A stretch of 64,000 nt of DNA from Chiloscyllium plagiosum. Lineage: Eukaryota. The notes below the pieces were generated by a model that ran no database searches, was not told where the DNA came from, and was given only the letters and a program-made list of their open reading frames with translations. Positions 62,777 through 64,000 of the stretch are shown one piece after another (position 1 is the stretch's first letter; each line of letters begins with the position of its first letter). A program made the translations under genes and the position numbers. The stretch is taken from NCBI RefSeq assembly GCF_004010195.1, contig NC_057719.1, forward strand, positions 50,262,302-50,326,301, given 5' to 3'.

Positions 62777-64000
62777 AACGAGCACCCGAGCTACAAATCT
62801 TCTCTCAAACTTTGAACTGTATTTAAGTTTTAAACTAGGCAGATTGAGTTACCTGGTCAATGCATTGCCCTGAGAATCACTATTACATATTTTGTTGAGT
62901 TGAAATGCTGACGTATGTTCTTTCAACCTGAAAGAATTGGGCTGTATGTATTAATATATTCCGCTTCCAGTTTGCACAAGCATGCCATACTTTGAGCCCA
63001 TCTGCAATCCTAAATTCTTTGTCAGTGTAATTCTTTGCACAGGCAGGATTATTTGTCACAACCTTTTCCATTTGTGGAATCCCTTCTCACGTTGGACATG
63101 GTGCTTCAAGTTATGCAAGCATGGGCTTGTTGGGTATGCTTGTTACCTTATTTCAAATGGACAAAGGATGTCCTATGTATGTATCCCTTTGTAATTATTA
63201 ACTCGTGCATTTAAGCTCAATTTTAACATTACCATGTAGGCCCAAATAGATGTTATTGCTGTAAAATTCCTGCTCGGCTCATCTTTGGGTTCAGTGAAAA
63301 ATGTGTCTTCATTGATATGACAAATAACCTCCTTCCCAATTCATATGTCTGATGTGTAGATGATAAGGTTGCTGTATTTGAGTCCACAGCAGGATGTAGT
63401 AATTTCCTTCCATGATTTAATGGGCTCCACTGTTGTCTCAAATTCACCTTTAAATACAGCAATTAATGGAGTAGTCAAATAAGCTCCCTGTCCTTGATCT
63501 CCTTGAAAAATTAACCATAAGTGTTGGAATTTCTACAGTTCCAGTCTTTGTAGCATTGGCTTTGTGAAACAACCTTGGAAATAGGGTCCCAGTCATTTAT
63601 TTACTGTGCAAGTTTGATGCTGAAATCGGACATATCAAAGGCTTGCTGTCGGCTAATGGTTGCCCTGATCAGATCATTTTTGGCTGTTTCTTGTTTTAAA
63701 TCACGAAGGCCGAAGGTCTTTGATGCCCGTTACTCTGAAAATTCATTTATCTCTCAACTTTGAACAGCAGGTGAAGTTAGCTGTATCATGTTGCTTCTGT
63801 GCGGTAGGAAACATGAGTGGTATCCCCACAGTCAAGACAGTCTGCCTACAGCACAAATCAGAAAGATGCTGTATGAATTTCAATGCTGCCGTGATGCTCA
63901 GTATGTAGACCATACATCCCAAAGACTAGTGGATCACAATAAATAGAATATCCCTTTCAGTATTTTGAAAGGGAAGCTTGTTTGCCATACTCAACTAGCC

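Larger units (their letters stand above)
62235..62812. mobile_element. PLE family C fold-back element (split by an HE1 SINE)
   Basis: Arms 62232-62323 and 62328-62419; tail continues after the SINE (gagcacccgagctacaaatc, cf. ctgagctacaaacc at 21287); 17-bp TSD tgaacagtatttaagtt / tgaactgtatttaagtt (62218-62234, 62813-62829). Confidence 0.88.

Noticed and set aside
1..64000. CRISPR arrays, operons, rRNA or snoRNA genes
   Set aside because: Vertebrate intronic DNA; no regularly spaced repeats or recognisable structural RNA genes seen. Small snoRNAs could be missed by eye.

Overview
Eukaryotic (cartilaginous fish) genomic DNA. HE1 V-SINEs and shark-type CR1 LINEs indicate an elasmobranch; the species cannot be determined from the sequence. 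The only host gene seen is ARID4A (RBBP1) on the + strand: five GT-AG coding exons (23991-24101, 24230-24295, 43906-43996, 58516-58595, 58676-58773) splice in frame to the N-terminal Tudor region. The start exon and promoter are not confidently identified, and the gene continues past the right edge. The rest is mostly repeat-rich intron: many decayed CR1 LINEs (one near full length, with ORF1 esterase and ORF2 APE/RT remnants), four SINE families, Tigger/pogo-like MITEs, solo LTRs and a Gypsy gag scrap. The most interesting component is three families of Penelope-like (PLE) insertions. Most are short fold-back palindromes with 12-17 bp target-site duplications, and they carry minimal hammerhead-ribozyme motifs that show covariation between families. 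Two of them also contain inverted copies of their own flanking genomic DNA (12948-13080 and 29265-29336). Almost all of the supplied ORFs are retroelement remnants or noise. Boundaries of old repeats are approximate, and all family assignments are by eye without database searches.
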